Positions 45,593-54,784 of a DNA stretch of 64,000 nt are shown here, piece after piece. Source of the stretch: an uncultured Anaerolineales bacterium (GTDB taxonomy: Bacteria; Chloroflexota; Anaerolineae; Anaerolineales; UBA11858); assembly GCA_964621835.1 (NCBI GenBank), contig CAZUMA010000002.1, forward strand, positions 28,392-92,391, written 5' to 3'. Both the position numbers and the translations under genes were made by a program. The notes beneath the pieces were generated by a model, which worked only from the letters and a program-made list of their open reading frames with translations, was not told the origin of the DNA and did not search any database. Numbering within the stretch: position 1 is the stretch's first letter; the number at the start of each line of letters is the position of its first letter.

Positions 45593-45871
45593 CTACTCGG
45601 ATCCGGATTTGCGAAGCAGAAAGGGGGCGTTTTGGGAAATCACCACACCGGCAAGAATGATCACTACGATGACAGCGGCTCCGATCATCAGACCCGTTGT
45701 ATCTCCTGACTCCAGGGTGAGCTGCTCCGACCCCTTTTTCGGGGCTGGCGTGGGTGTGGGAGTATTATTCTCGGTAGAAAAAGGTTGGATTTGGGTGGGA
45801 AAGTTGAAAACGGAGAGAATGATTGCTCCGAGAAGGAACCCACACAAAACAACCTGGTAAGGTTTTATCAT
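45593..45871 (-). CDS. Small bitopic membrane protein with Thr/Pro-rich linker
   Basis: 92 aa. N-terminal TM VVLCGFLLGAIILSVF, linker NNTPTPTPAPKK, C-terminal TM LMIGAAVIVVIILAGVVI plus a basic tail. Confidence 0.55.
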   Translation of the reverse strand: MIKPYQVVLCGFLLGAIILSVFNFPTQIQPFSTENNTPTPTPAPKKGSEQLTLESGDTTGLMIGAAVIVVIILAGVVISQNAPFLLRKSGSE

Positions 45872-46093
45872 TGAGATGGAAGCACCATCGTTCCACGTTT
45901 ACGGACAGGGCTATTATACCCTATTCCGTCTGGCAAAACCTCGATCCTGAAATCTCTGCTGCGAATGGGAGGATTTGAGCCTACCACCACTGATCAGGAT
46001 TTGTCCAGACATCTTGGATAATCAGGGATACTCCGTTATAATTGCCACCTACAAGCATATTTTTGTGATGGCAATCCAATCTGGAGACAAGAG

Positions 46094-46954
46094 ATGAAAA
46101 TCCTCACTGATCGCGCAGCAAATTTATCTCAAACTGAAGAGGCTTCCTTAGGGCTCACTGTCGCTCCTCTTTATATTCAATTTCCCGGGCAGGAACTCGA
46201 ATCATCTGAAATAGATCCAGATGAATTGTACGACCGCATGGAGGCGATCAAGCCGGTTATTCCAACCACTGCCCAACCCTCTGCAGGACAGTTTGCTCAA
46301 CTGTATCAGCGAATTGCTCAATCGGGGGAGGATATCCTTTCGATTCATATTTCGGAAGGGCTGAGCGGTACAATTCAATCTGCCCGCCTGGGGGCCAAGC
46401 AGGTCCTTAATGCAAAGGTGACGATCTTTGATTCCATGACCCTCTCAGGGGGTCAGCGATTCCAGGTGCTGGCTGCTGATCTGGCTTCCCGGGCTGGTTG
46501 GGCCGTGGGGCAAGTCGTTGATTTGCTCACCCGGATCCGGGATCAAATTGAGGTTATTTATTCCCTGGATACCCTGGAGTATCTCGAGCATGGGGGAAGA
46601 ATCGGCCGGGTCCAATCCCTGGTCAGCTCGCTGTTGAACATCAAGCCCGTCATTCATGTCGATAAAACGGACGGGAAGTATTCCACGGTTGGCAAGGCCA
46701 GAACACTGGGGAAAACGCTTGAAGTGATCACAGACCACCTGGTCTCCCTCTACGCTGAGGAGCCTTTGTGGGTTACTGTCCTTCATGGGCGATTGGCCAA
46801 TGAGGCGGATGAATTGATGAACCAGCTGAAATCAAGACTGAATGTCAGAAAAGAAGAGACAATGCGGGTCACTCCCATCCTTGGGGTGCATACTGGACCG
46901 GGGATTGTTGGGGTCGCAGCAATGCCTGTGGATGTTTTGGCTGGATTAATCTAG
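46094..46954 (+). CDS. DegV family (fatty-acid-binding) protein
   Basis: PTTAQPSAGQFAQLY, ILSIHISEGLSGT, GGRIGRVQSLVSSLLNIKP. Confidence 0.85.
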   Translation: MKILTDRAANLSQTEEASLGLTVAPLYIQFPGQELESSEIDPDELYDRMEAIKPVIPTTAQPSAGQFAQLYQRIAQSGEDILSIHISEGLSGTIQSARLGAKQVLNAKVTIFDSMTLSGGQRFQVLAADLASRAGWAVGQVVDLLTRIRDQIEVIYSLDTLEYLEHGGRIGRVQSLVSSLLNIKPVIHVDKTDGKYSTVGKARTLGKTLEVITDHLVSLYAEEPLWVTVLHGRLANEADELMNQLKSRLNVRKEETMRVTPILGVHTGPGIVGVAAMPVDVLAGLI

Positions 46955-46967
46955 CGATCTGCCTGGA

Positions 46968-48083
46968 TCAACCGCGTTGGAGGGGGTCAGGTAGGCTGTC
47001 TTCGAGCGGGGGACATTTGCATGCGATCCCCTCAGCACTTTTTTCAGGCCAGCATTGATTAAGTGAAAGGCAGGTTGACTTCAGCCTTTCGCCTGATTCC
47101 AGGAGGTTTGGGAGCTGAGGCTCGCGAATCAAGGGCCTGCTGAGGGAGATAAAATCCGCGGCGCCGGTCAGCAGGGTCTTCTCCATGACCTTCCTGGACC
47201 GGAATCCCCCCACAGCAATCAGCGCTAAATCCGTCACCGCCCGGGTTTCCTGAACGAACGGGAGGAAGTAAGCCTCCTGTTCCTCTGAGCGGATGCCGCG
47301 CTGGATGCTTTGGAAACGTTCTCCGGAAAAGCCAGCGCTGATCTCCACCCCATCCAAACCCCACAGATGCAGATTGCGGATGATCCTGAGGCCCTCCTTC
47401 AGGGTCAATCCCCCCTGGATGCCGTCTGCAATTCCAAATTTGATCAGCAGGGGGTAATCTGGCCCCACTTCGTCCCGGACAGACCGGCATACGGATTCTA
47501 AAAACCGGGACCGGTTTTCCAAGGATCCGCCCCACTGATCTTCCCGCTGGTTCGCAAGGGGCGAGAGGAACTGGCTGTTCAGATAACCGTGGGCGCTGTG
47601 AATTTGAACTGCATCAAACCCGGCTTCTTTCGCGCGGCGGGCAGCGTCCTGAAACGCAGTGATGAGTCGAGGGATCCTCTCTGGATTGATCTCCCGGGGT
47701 GATTGTTTGTAGAAATCCCGGCTCCCGCTGGAGGGGGCAATTGCTTGTGCAACTGCTTCCGGGGAGCAGTTTCCTCCCCCGTGGTTGAGCTGCGCAGCAA
47801 TCTTTCCCCCTTCCTGATGGACTGCATTGACCAGCTCCGCCAGGCCAGGGATCAGGCTATCGCGGTGGATCCCGGTCATCTCGGGATGACATTTTCCACC
47901 CTCCGCGATGTACATGTGACCACTGATAATCAGTCCCACACCTCCCCGGGCAAGTTTTTTGTACAGCGCTTTCAACGCGGGAAGCGGAGCGCCATCAGGA
48001 TCAGCCATGCGCTCGGCTGTGGCTGATCGAAGCAGCCGGTTGGGGAGAACTAAACTGCCAATTCTGCCTGGGGTAAACAGCAT
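46968..48083 (-). CDS. NADH:flavin oxidoreductase, Old Yellow Enzyme family
   Basis: MLFTPGRIGSLVLPNRLLRSAT, AAQLNHGG, VQIHSAHGYLNSQFLSPLANQREDQWGGSLENR. ATG 48083. The ORF-track extension to 48233 runs through tRNA-Ser. Confidence 0.85.
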   Translation of the reverse strand: MLFTPGRIGSLVLPNRLLRSATAERMADPDGAPLPALKALYKKLARGGVGLIISGHMYIAEGGKCHPEMTGIHRDSLIPGLAELVNAVHQEGGKIAAQLNHGGGNCSPEAVAQAIAPSSGSRDFYKQSPREINPERIPRLITAFQDAARRAKEAGFDAVQIHSAHGYLNSQFLSPLANQREDQWGGSLENRSRFLESVCRSVRDEVGPDYPLLIKFGIADGIQGGLTLKEGLRIIRNLHLWGLDGVEISAGFSGERFQSIQRGIRSEEQEAYFLPFVQETRAVTDLALIAVGGFRSRKVMEKTLLTGAADFISLSRPLIREPQLPNLLESGERLKSTCLSLNQCWPEKSAEGIACKCPPLEDSLPDPLQRG

Positions 48084-48168
48084 CCGAGATTCCTTCCTGC
48101 GATTTCCTGCCAGAATACCACCCTTGGAAAGAAAATCGCCCAGCTGAACCTGAGCGATTTTTTCCGAG

Positions 48169-48256
48169 GCGGAGGGGGTGGGATTCGAACCCACGATCCC
48201 CAGAAGGGATACGCGCTCTCCAGGCGCGCGCACTAGGCCAGACTATGCGACCCCTC
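48169..48256 (-). tRNA. tRNA-Ser (anticodon GGA)
   Basis: Acceptor GGAGGGG/CCCCTCC. Anticodon arm CGCGC-CTGGAGA-GCGCG. Long variable arm ATCCC..GGGAT. T arm GTGGG-TTCGAAT-CCCAC. Confidence 0.9.
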
Positions 48257-48278
48257 CAATCTTTTCAATTGCGGTCGC

Positions 48279-48307
48279 GATTATACCAAACCGTTCAGAA
48301 GCTGGCA
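48279..48307 (-). promoter_or_regulatory. Promoter of tRNA-Ser (TTGCCA-17-TATAAT)
   Basis: -35 is the reverse complement of 48302-48307 and -10 is the reverse complement of 48279-48284. Confidence 0.7.
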
Positions 48308-48311
48308 ACGG

Positions 48312-49646
48312 TTAGGAGCCGGGTGGTGAAAACAGGTCAGGCAGGCTCTTTGGGGCGTACCGCGCGACCATATCCGCGGTGAGGGCATTTTCCCGGCAGA
48401 TCTCTGCGTACAGCTCAGCACTGGTTCTTTTAACCCGGATTTGTGTCTCCAGGTCCAATTCCCAGAGCCCGAATCGCTGAGTCCAGCCGCGTTCCCATTC
48501 AAAGTTATCCACCAGTGTCCAATGGAAATATCCCTTAACCGGGCAGTTGTGGTTAAGGGTTTTCCAGAGGGCTGCCAAATGTTCAATTAGATAGCGGGGC
48601 CGGAGGACGTCCTGACTGTCATCAATTCCATTCTCCGTGATGTAGATCGGGACCTGGTACCGGCTGCCTCTTTGGACGGCTTGAAAAAGGCCGTCTGGGG
48701 AAAGAGCAATGTAGTTTGTTTCGCTGTGGCGAGTGTCAGGGGGTAAACTCCGTTGAATAAAATGTGTTTCCGATGCACCCGGATTGAAAGCGACCCGTTC
48801 TTCCGTATAATAATTGATCCCCAAAAAATCCTGGGTTCCCTCTACTTCTGGAAGATGGAGGCACCGATGAGGGAAGGCCAGCTTGCCGGTCGAAGCAGCA
48901 CGGGGAAAAAAGTCATTAAATTGTGAATGGAAAAGGCGGCTCAAAAGGCGATCCAGGGGGGAGATCCGGGAAGCGGGGGAAAAAGCTCTGTAGTGGATAA
49001 CGGGTCCAACCTTGGCTTCCGGCTGAAGACGATGAAGCACTCTGTAGGCTGCAGCCTGGGTCCTGACAAGGTTTATCATGACCTGATAGACTTTCTTTAC
49101 ATCTTTCTTTCCCGGTGGAAAATCGCCCAGCAGATAAGCAAGAAATGCATAAACATTTGGCTCATTAACCGGGCACCAGAGGCTGACGTATTCTTTCAAA
49201 CCCTCGGCTACCTTTTCAACATACTCTTGAAAATGGGAGGTGACCTGATCATTTTCCCAACCACCTTGCTCCTGGATCCAGTTCGGATTGGTAAAGTGGT
49301 GCAGAGTGACCATGGGGGTCATTCCTCTGTCAAGAATGCCGCGAGCCATTTCCCGGTAATGGTCTAATGCGGCTTCATCCCAGCGATCCGGGGCAGGTTG
49401 GATCCTTGACCATTCCACGGAAAAGCGGTGGGCATTTTGGTGGGACTGGGCAGCTCGATCCAGATCCTCCCGCCAGCGACCGGCCCACCATTCACATGCA
49501 TTCCCGCAGCGATGGTTTTGTTTGATCTTCCCCTGCATTTCCCAGGTGTGCCAATCGTTTTGAGTGTTTTGACCTTCCACCTGATAGGAGGATGTGGCTG
49601 TGCCCCATAAAAACCCATCAGGAAATGTAAATCGCGCTTGGATCAT
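48312..49646 (-). CDS. GH1 beta-glucosidase
   Basis: FPDGFLWGTATSSYQVEG, CPVNEPNVYA (acid/base NEP), YITENG (nucleophile). Confidence 0.9.
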   Translation of the reverse strand: MIQARFTFPDGFLWGTATSSYQVEGQNTQNDWHTWEMQGKIKQNHRCGNACEWWAGRWREDLDRAAQSHQNAHRFSVEWSRIQPAPDRWDEAALDHYREMARGILDRGMTPMVTLHHFTNPNWIQEQGGWENDQVTSHFQEYVEKVAEGLKEYVSLWCPVNEPNVYAFLAYLLGDFPPGKKDVKKVYQVMINLVRTQAAAYRVLHRLQPEAKVGPVIHYRAFSPASRISPLDRLLSRLFHSQFNDFFPRAASTGKLAFPHRCLHLPEVEGTQDFLGINYYTEERVAFNPGASETHFIQRSLPPDTRHSETNYIALSPDGLFQAVQRGSRYQVPIYITENGIDDSQDVLRPRYLIEHLAALWKTLNHNCPVKGYFHWTLVDNFEWERGWTQRFGLWELDLETQIRVKRTSAELYAEICRENALTADMVARYAPKSLPDLFSPPGS

Positions 49647-49917
49647 CCATGCTCCCTTGACCTTGAACCAACCCGGCAGGAAATTCCCGCGGATTATATT
49701 GTAGCTTTGGGAATGGCTTTTCGCAAACAGCGATTGGAGCTTGATGTGTTATCCTATAGCAAGGCTGGAAAATCACCAGGCACCTCAGCAGAAAACAAAA
49801 CCTCTCAAAACCCAGCTGACTTGATGGACCCAACCGGATGGTCATTAATAACGAGGGATATGCTGTGGATCAAGCTCAGGCTACGAGACGTAGGGTAAAA
49901 AACACAGGCAAACATCG

Positions 49918-51453
49918 ATGATGGTTTTAGGAGCAGTGTTGATCTTTATGCATGGATCTGCAGCTTACCTGGGATTTGTGTCCTGGCGTAAGATTGAGCT
50001 TCCCTGGGTGCGGTCTGCTCTTGCAATTTGTATGGCCTCGATCTGGCTGCTGCTGTTGCTTCTTCCCCAGCAGTGGGTCTCCTTCACTCCGGGCCCGGCA
50101 GACATTGACTTGAGTTCCACTCTGCCGCGGCTCCGCTTTATTCTTGATGATTTTTCCCAGCCCTTCGCCCTGGCGATCCTGGCGGTATTGATCTTCAGCC
50201 TCCTGGACAAGCGAATTCCCATGCCAGCTCTTTGCTGGATATTGGGTGTGGGAGCCACGACCCTTTTTTGTGTTCTAGCTGGAAATGTGACCACCTTGTT
50301 GATGGGTTGGGCTTTATTGGAGATGACCCTGTTGATTTTCAGTTTTCTGCATCAGAAATCTGATCAGCAGAGCACATTCCTGAGCATACCTTTTATTCTC
50401 CGGTTGGTTGGACCGGGTCTGCTGATTCTGGCAGGGTTGATAGGAGGTGGTGCGCAAGAACTGAATTGGTCGCTCACTGACATCCCGTCTGCCCCGTTTC
50501 TGGTTCTACTGGGAGCAAGCCTGTTCCGATGGGGAATCTGGCTGCCAATCCGTTTTTTAGTGGGGGATCAGCAGCAGCAAAGGGGTTGGCTTTTCACCGG
50601 CTGTCTTCCCTCTGCAGTCAGTTCGATGCTCTTATATCGATTGGCCGCGGGTCAGCAACCGTTCAGCCTTCCTCTTGCGGGTGAACTCGTCCTGGGGGGC
50701 AGTGCGGTGGCGATCGCTGGCTGTTGGATGATGAAAATGCAGACCCGGAGGTCCTGGAAAGCATTCTTCTTGGGCTGGATCCTTCTGAGCTATCTTGGGG
50801 TCTTTCTGCAGCAGCCTGAGGTCAGCTACCGGCTTGGAATGGTGATCCTGATTCCAGGTTGGCTGCTTTTTTATCGCGTTCAAGGAAAAACTGCTGGCTG
50901 GATGCGCCTTGCCGTCCTTGTCGTTGGATTTGCGCCACTGCCGTTTTTCCCCTCCTATAAAATCGCTGCGATGTTTCCCCGCGGGATTGCAGGAGTTCTT
51001 GCGGGCATCTGCATGGGTTTTCTGCTGACTGGGGCAGCTTGGATCCTGCTCGAGGATTGGGAAGCACTCAAAAACGAGCCTGAGGAAGCTTCTCCCCGGA
51101 TCCTTCCTGGATTGCTGCTTCTTTTGATTACCCAATGGATTATTGAATTTCCCTGGCGGGATGTTTCAGGGGGGAACTTTTTCGAAAACTGGGAGTGGCG
51201 TTTTCTGCTGGCCCTGATAGTTTTTGTGCCTTCTGTTCTCTTGCTGCCAGGGAAAAAGTTTCTGGCGTTTTCAAAGTCCACAAGAATGGATCTCCAGGCT
51301 GGATTCTCTCGGGCAGCTTATACAGTGGGAAAAACCCTTGAACGCCTGGTGCTGTTTGGGTTGGGATTGCTGGAAGGCAGAGGGGGGTTGTTTTGGACAT
51401 TGCTAATTGGCTTTTTCATATTAACCTTAATCAATCTTGGAGGGGGAGGGTAG
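49918..51453 (+). CDS. Polytopic membrane protein, degenerate NuoL/M/N-Mrp antiporter-like (HyfD-like position)
   Basis: At least 12 hydrophobic segments. GNVTTLLMGWALLEMTLLIF resembles the TM5 W/E motif of antiporter-like subunits. Other signatures are eroded. Confidence 0.7.
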   Translation: MMVLGAVLIFMHGSAAYLGFVSWRKIELPWVRSALAICMASIWLLLLLLPQQWVSFTPGPADIDLSSTLPRLRFILDDFSQPFALAILAVLIFSLLDKRIPMPALCWILGVGATTLFCVLAGNVTTLLMGWALLEMTLLIFSFLHQKSDQQSTFLSIPFILRLVGPGLLILAGLIGGGAQELNWSLTDIPSAPFLVLLGASLFRWGIWLPIRFLVGDQQQQRGWLFTGCLPSAVSSMLLYRLAAGQQPFSLPLAGELVLGGSAVAIAGCWMMKMQTRRSWKAFFLGWILLSYLGVFLQQPEVSYRLGMVILIPGWLLFYRVQGKTAGWMRLAVLVVGFAPLPFFPSYKIAAMFPRGIAGVLAGICMGFLLTGAAWILLEDWEALKNEPEEASPRILPGLLLLLITQWIIEFPWRDVSGGNFFENWEWRFLLALIVFVPSVLLLPGKKFLAFSKSTRMDLQAGFSRAAYTVGKTLERLVLFGLGLLEGRGGLFWTLLIGFFILTLINLGGGG

Positions 51454-52047
51454 GTGGCTCAGATTCTTTCAAATGGGGCGGTAGGTTTGATATTCTTCGC
51501 GGCATATGCGATTCTGCTGGTCTCAAACTGGCGCTGGAGGCTTGGCTTGCTGGCCCTGCAATATCTCGGGGTGATGGGCCTGGTTTTGATGAGCTGGCCC
51601 CTGGAAATCGCTGTGGTCAAATTAGTCGCTGGCTGGATGGCAGCAGCTGTTTTAATGATCTCCTTTGTAAATCTTCCAAGTCCCGCTGGCAGACAGCCTC
51701 CCGGTCACCTTCCGGGATTGCTGTTCCGCGGGCTGGTGGCCGTCCTGGTAGGTTTATCGGTTTATTCATTGCAGCCGGTTGCCTTGAGGTGGTTTATTAA
51801 TGCTGCCCCGCAGCAGGCCCTAGGGGGGTTGTTGATGATTGGATTAGGATTGCTCCAGCTCGGGTTGTCACTCACTGGGATCCGGACCATTGTGGGCCTG
51901 CTGACGGTTATTTCTGGATTTGAGATCCTTTACGCAACCCTGGAGGCTTCCGTGCTGATGACGGGTTTGCTGGCTGTGCTCCATATCGGGATTGCGTTTG
52001 TAGGAGCATATTTACTGTTCAGCACTCATCTGGAGGGTACACAGTGA
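51454..52047 (+). CDS. Small polytopic membrane protein, HyfE/NuoK-like
   Basis: 197 aa. The start abuts the upstream stop. RWRLGLLALQYLGVMGLVL and GFEILYATLEASVLMTG recall HyfE-type subunits. Confidence 0.65.
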   Translation: MAQILSNGAVGLIFFAAYAILLVSNWRWRLGLLALQYLGVMGLVLMSWPLEIAVVKLVAGWMAAAVLMISFVNLPSPAGRQPPGHLPGLLFRGLVAVLVGLSVYSLQPVALRWFINAAPQQALGGLLMIGLGLLQLGLSLTGIRTIVGLLTVISGFEILYATLEASVLMTGLLAVLHIGIAFVGAYLLFSTHLEGTQ

Positions 52048-53429
52048 GTTCACCGCTGATTTGGATTGTGCTGCCAATTTTATTATCCGGCTTAATGCTG
52101 CCCCTGCTTAACCGCCCGGCGTTTCTTAAATGGTTCGGAACCGGAGCAGCATTGATTTTTGCAGTCTCAGCATGGTTGCTGCCGATTGATGCGGAGGCTC
52201 GGATTCTCTTCTGGGATCTGTCGGTTTCCGATCAGCTGATGGTTTTTGGCCGCAGTTTTATCCTCAGCAGGTCTGATCTCGATATCGTTGGGCTGCTGTT
52301 CCTGATGTGTTTTTTCTGGTTCTTCATTATGGATCCTGGATGGGTGCCGATCCAGCTGGTACCGCTTGGCCTGACTGGGGCTGGATTGATTATCAGTGGG
52401 TTTGCTGTAGAACCGATTTTCTACGGCGCTTTGTTTTTTGCTTTCCTGGCTTTGATTTTCGTGGTTCTGTTTTCCCCCCCGGGGGAGCAGCCGACACCGG
52501 GGGTGTTTCGGTATCTAATTTACCAAACCCTGGGAATTATTTTTGTCCTCTTTGCATCCTGGCTGGGAAGTTGGGTGGACTTTGATGCTGGCGATCAAAC
52601 ATTGTACTACCGGGCAGCGCTGATGCTCGCGCTCGGCTTTTCTTTTTTACTGGCAATCTTTCCTTTTTCGAGCTGGGTATTGATGGTAGCAGAAAAAAAC
52701 CACCCGTTCTTAGCTGCGTTTGTGTTCAATGTTTCATTTTTTGGAGTGTTTCTATTTGGTTTACGTTTTATCGTTGAGCCGGGCTGGCTCCAAGGGTACC
52801 TAACTATCCCCGAACCCCTGCAATTTGCTGGGATATTAATGGTTGGTGTTGGCGGGATCACCGCAGTGTTTTCCAATCATTTGGGACGGATTATGGCCGC
52901 GGCGGTGATTATTGACATTGGTCGGTCCCTGGCTGCAGTCAGTCTGGTGCGGGATGGATTTCCCCTCTATTTCTCATTTTTAATGATTCAGATGCTTTCC
53001 CTGGGTACCTGGGGGCTTTCTCTGTCTCTTCTCCGCCAGGTTGTGCCTGATCTGGGTTTTTCATCAATCACCGGGGCGGGTAGGCAATGGCCGACGGTTG
53101 CCCTGGGAATTTTGATTGGCCATTTTTCCCTGGCGGGTCTGCCTTTTTTGGGTGGGTTTCCTTATTACTGGTCGCTGGGGACGCTTCTCGACACACAGCC
53201 TTTCTGGATCAGCGGGTGGCTGTATCTGGGCAGTTTTGGATTGATCATCAGCGGTATACGGGTCTTTTCCCAGCTGGCAAAAAAATCCGGGGAAGAGATG
53301 GTCTTCATCGTTGGGAAGCCCTTCCTCCACTGGGTTACCTTAGGCATCAGCCTCCTTCTGGTCGGCATTGGACTGTTTCCCCGGGTGGTGATCAGCTGGA
53401 TGGGACTGCTTGCAGCAGCCCTGTATTGA
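52044..53429 (+). CDS. Polytopic membrane protein, degenerate NuoN/HyfF antiporter-like
   Basis: 4-nt overlap with the upstream gene. FPFSSWVLMVAEKNHPFLAAFVFNV, FSNHLGRIMAAAVIIDIG and LAGLPFLGGFPYYW sit where canonical antiporter motifs occur. Confidence 0.7.
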   Translation: MSSPLIWIVLPILLSGLMLPLLNRPAFLKWFGTGAALIFAVSAWLLPIDAEARILFWDLSVSDQLMVFGRSFILSRSDLDIVGLLFLMCFFWFFIMDPGWVPIQLVPLGLTGAGLIISGFAVEPIFYGALFFAFLALIFVVLFSPPGEQPTPGVFRYLIYQTLGIIFVLFASWLGSWVDFDAGDQTLYYRAALMLALGFSFLLAIFPFSSWVLMVAEKNHPFLAAFVFNVSFFGVFLFGLRFIVEPGWLQGYLTIPEPLQFAGILMVGVGGITAVFSNHLGRIMAAAVIIDIGRSLAAVSLVRDGFPLYFSFLMIQMLSLGTWGLSLSLLRQVVPDLGFSSITGAGRQWPTVALGILIGHFSLAGLPFLGGFPYYWSLGTLLDTQPFWISGWLYLGSFGLIISGIRVFSQLAKKSGEEMVFIVGKPFLHWVTLGISLLLVGIGLFPRVVISWMGLLAAALY

Positions 53430-53494
53430 TCCTACCGTGAGGGTAGAAGAGACTTTCTGGCAGCGATTATCCAATAGGTTGGGGAAATTGACCA

Positions 53495-53503
53495 TGCTAT
53501 AAT
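53495..53503 (+). promoter_or_regulatory. Extended -10 element TGcTATAAT upstream of the coiled-coil gene
   Basis: TG at 53495-53496 and TATAAT at 53498-53503, 39 nt before ATG 53543. Confidence 0.4.
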
Positions 53504-53542
53504 TTCAATGCCGGGTTGGTCTGGAGAACAGGAGAAAAATCC

Positions 53543-54721
53543 ATGGAACATGAGCAGCTGTCAAAGAAAATTGAGTGGTTGGATGAGGAACGGAGAGAGG
53601 ATAAAAAGACCATCAAACAGCTTGAAGAAAAGGTACTCACCCTGGAAGGAAAGCTTGATGGGTCAGAAAAAAAGTTCAAGGAGATGGACAGTGACCTCAC
53701 CCGTCTGAAAACCTCCCTTGCCCGGGTTGATGATTTTGATGATACCCTGGCGGATTTCCGCCTGGAACGAAAGAAAGCGAAAAATGAATTTGAAAAGGAT
53801 GCCAAATCCTGGATCGAAGATTCCAAAAAAGTTCTTCGCGCTCAAATCAGCGGACTAGAAGACCAGCTGAAAACGTTTCAAGAAGGAATGAAAAGAGTCA
53901 GGGACCTGGAGAAAGAGATGGCTGCCCGGGTTGAAGAAGAATCCAGAATGAACGACTCCATCAAAGAGCTTGAGCGGGAGTTCCAGGATATTCAGCGCCA
54001 GTCGGAAGATTTGAGCAGACAGGCAAAAGTAACCAAAGAGGAACGCCAGAAAGAAATCAAACGCATGACTGATATGCAGGGAGAACAATCAGCGATTCGA
54101 AAACGGCTGGATGAACTGACCGGTCAGATGGACCTGGTGAAAAGTGACTATAAAAAGGTCCAGTCCCGTCTTGACGGGCTGGAGAATCTCCGCAGGGATT
54201 TGAAGAAATTCCAGGAATCATTTCTTGAAGAAACCACCCTGAAATTTGCCATGCGGGATAACGTCTGGAAAAGCTGGGAGGCGAGATTTCACAAGGTTGA
54301 GGAACAAGCCGAGGCGTTGGATGGGCAGATGACCAGTTTGGACTCCACCCACCGCAATGTCAAACGGATGCAGAAAGAGATCTCCGAATTATCAGATTTA
54401 CTGGATCGGCGGGTGAATGAAATCACGGAGATGCAGCGGCTTGCCGAAGAGCGCTTCCGGAATGAATGGAGTATTTTTACAGCAGATGATCAGAAACGCT
54501 GGACAAACTATACCCTGTCCCAGAAAGAACTCTATAAAGAACAGAATCGACAGTTCAAAGGTGTGGAAGAACAGGTGACGATGCTTGAGGATGGCTATCA
54601 GGAGATGGAAGACCATCTTAGTCAACTGAGCAAATTTACGGAAGGAAGGATGCAGGGCTTATTGAGTCTCTACCGGGATTGGGTGGGGGAATTTGAGGAG
54701 ATCCTAAACGGCATCCGATGA
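53543..54721 (+). CDS. Hypothetical long coiled-coil protein
   Basis: Glu/Lys/Arg/Leu/Gln-rich with heptad-like character throughout. ATG 53543 has a GGAGAACAGGAG SD. ORF-track start 53516 is less likely. Confidence 0.7.
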   Translation: MEHEQLSKKIEWLDEERREDKKTIKQLEEKVLTLEGKLDGSEKKFKEMDSDLTRLKTSLARVDDFDDTLADFRLERKKAKNEFEKDAKSWIEDSKKVLRAQISGLEDQLKTFQEGMKRVRDLEKEMAARVEEESRMNDSIKELEREFQDIQRQSEDLSRQAKVTKEERQKEIKRMTDMQGEQSAIRKRLDELTGQMDLVKSDYKKVQSRLDGLENLRRDLKKFQESFLEETTLKFAMRDNVWKSWEARFHKVEEQAEALDGQMTSLDSTHRNVKRMQKEISELSDLLDRRVNEITEMQRLAEERFRNEWSIFTADDQKRWTNYTLSQKELYKEQNRQFKGVEEQVTMLEDGYQEMEDHLSQLSKFTEGRMQGLLSLYRDWVGEFEEILNGIR

Positions 54722-54784
54722 TCATATTGACTGTAACAGAAGCAGGTTCCTTCTTGAAATGATCGGGTTTCGAGGGACAAATAC

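Noticed and set aside
45330-45860. 176-aa plus ORF and 81-aa minus ORF (45344-45589).
   Set aside because: Both overlap the SRP RNA and its promoter, or run antisense to the small membrane protein. They have Arg/Pro/Gly-rich composition and no SD.
45960-46000. tRNA-like 3-prime fragment on the minus strand (GGTAGGCTCAAATCCTCCCATTCGCAGCA), considered as a possible att remnant.
   Set aside because: The T-stem pairing is imperfect. There is no matching 5-prime half and no matching full tRNA in the window. The evidence is too weak.
48084-48233. ORF-track N-terminal extension of the OYE-family ORF (start 48233).
   Set aside because: The extension is the antisense reading of tRNA-Ser (48169-48256). 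The conserved N-terminus MLFTPGRIG begins at ATG 48083.
48169-48256. Possibility that this long-arm tRNA is tRNA-Sec (selC), given selB in the window.
   Set aside because: The anticodon loop CTGGAGA gives GGA (Ser). The acceptor stem is a normal 7 bp and there is no UCA anticodon.
49638-49898. 86-aa plus ORF filling the GH1 / membrane-trio intergenic region.
   Set aside because: It has a TTG start overlapping the divergent GH1 start codon, no SD and no recognisable motif. It cannot be supported.
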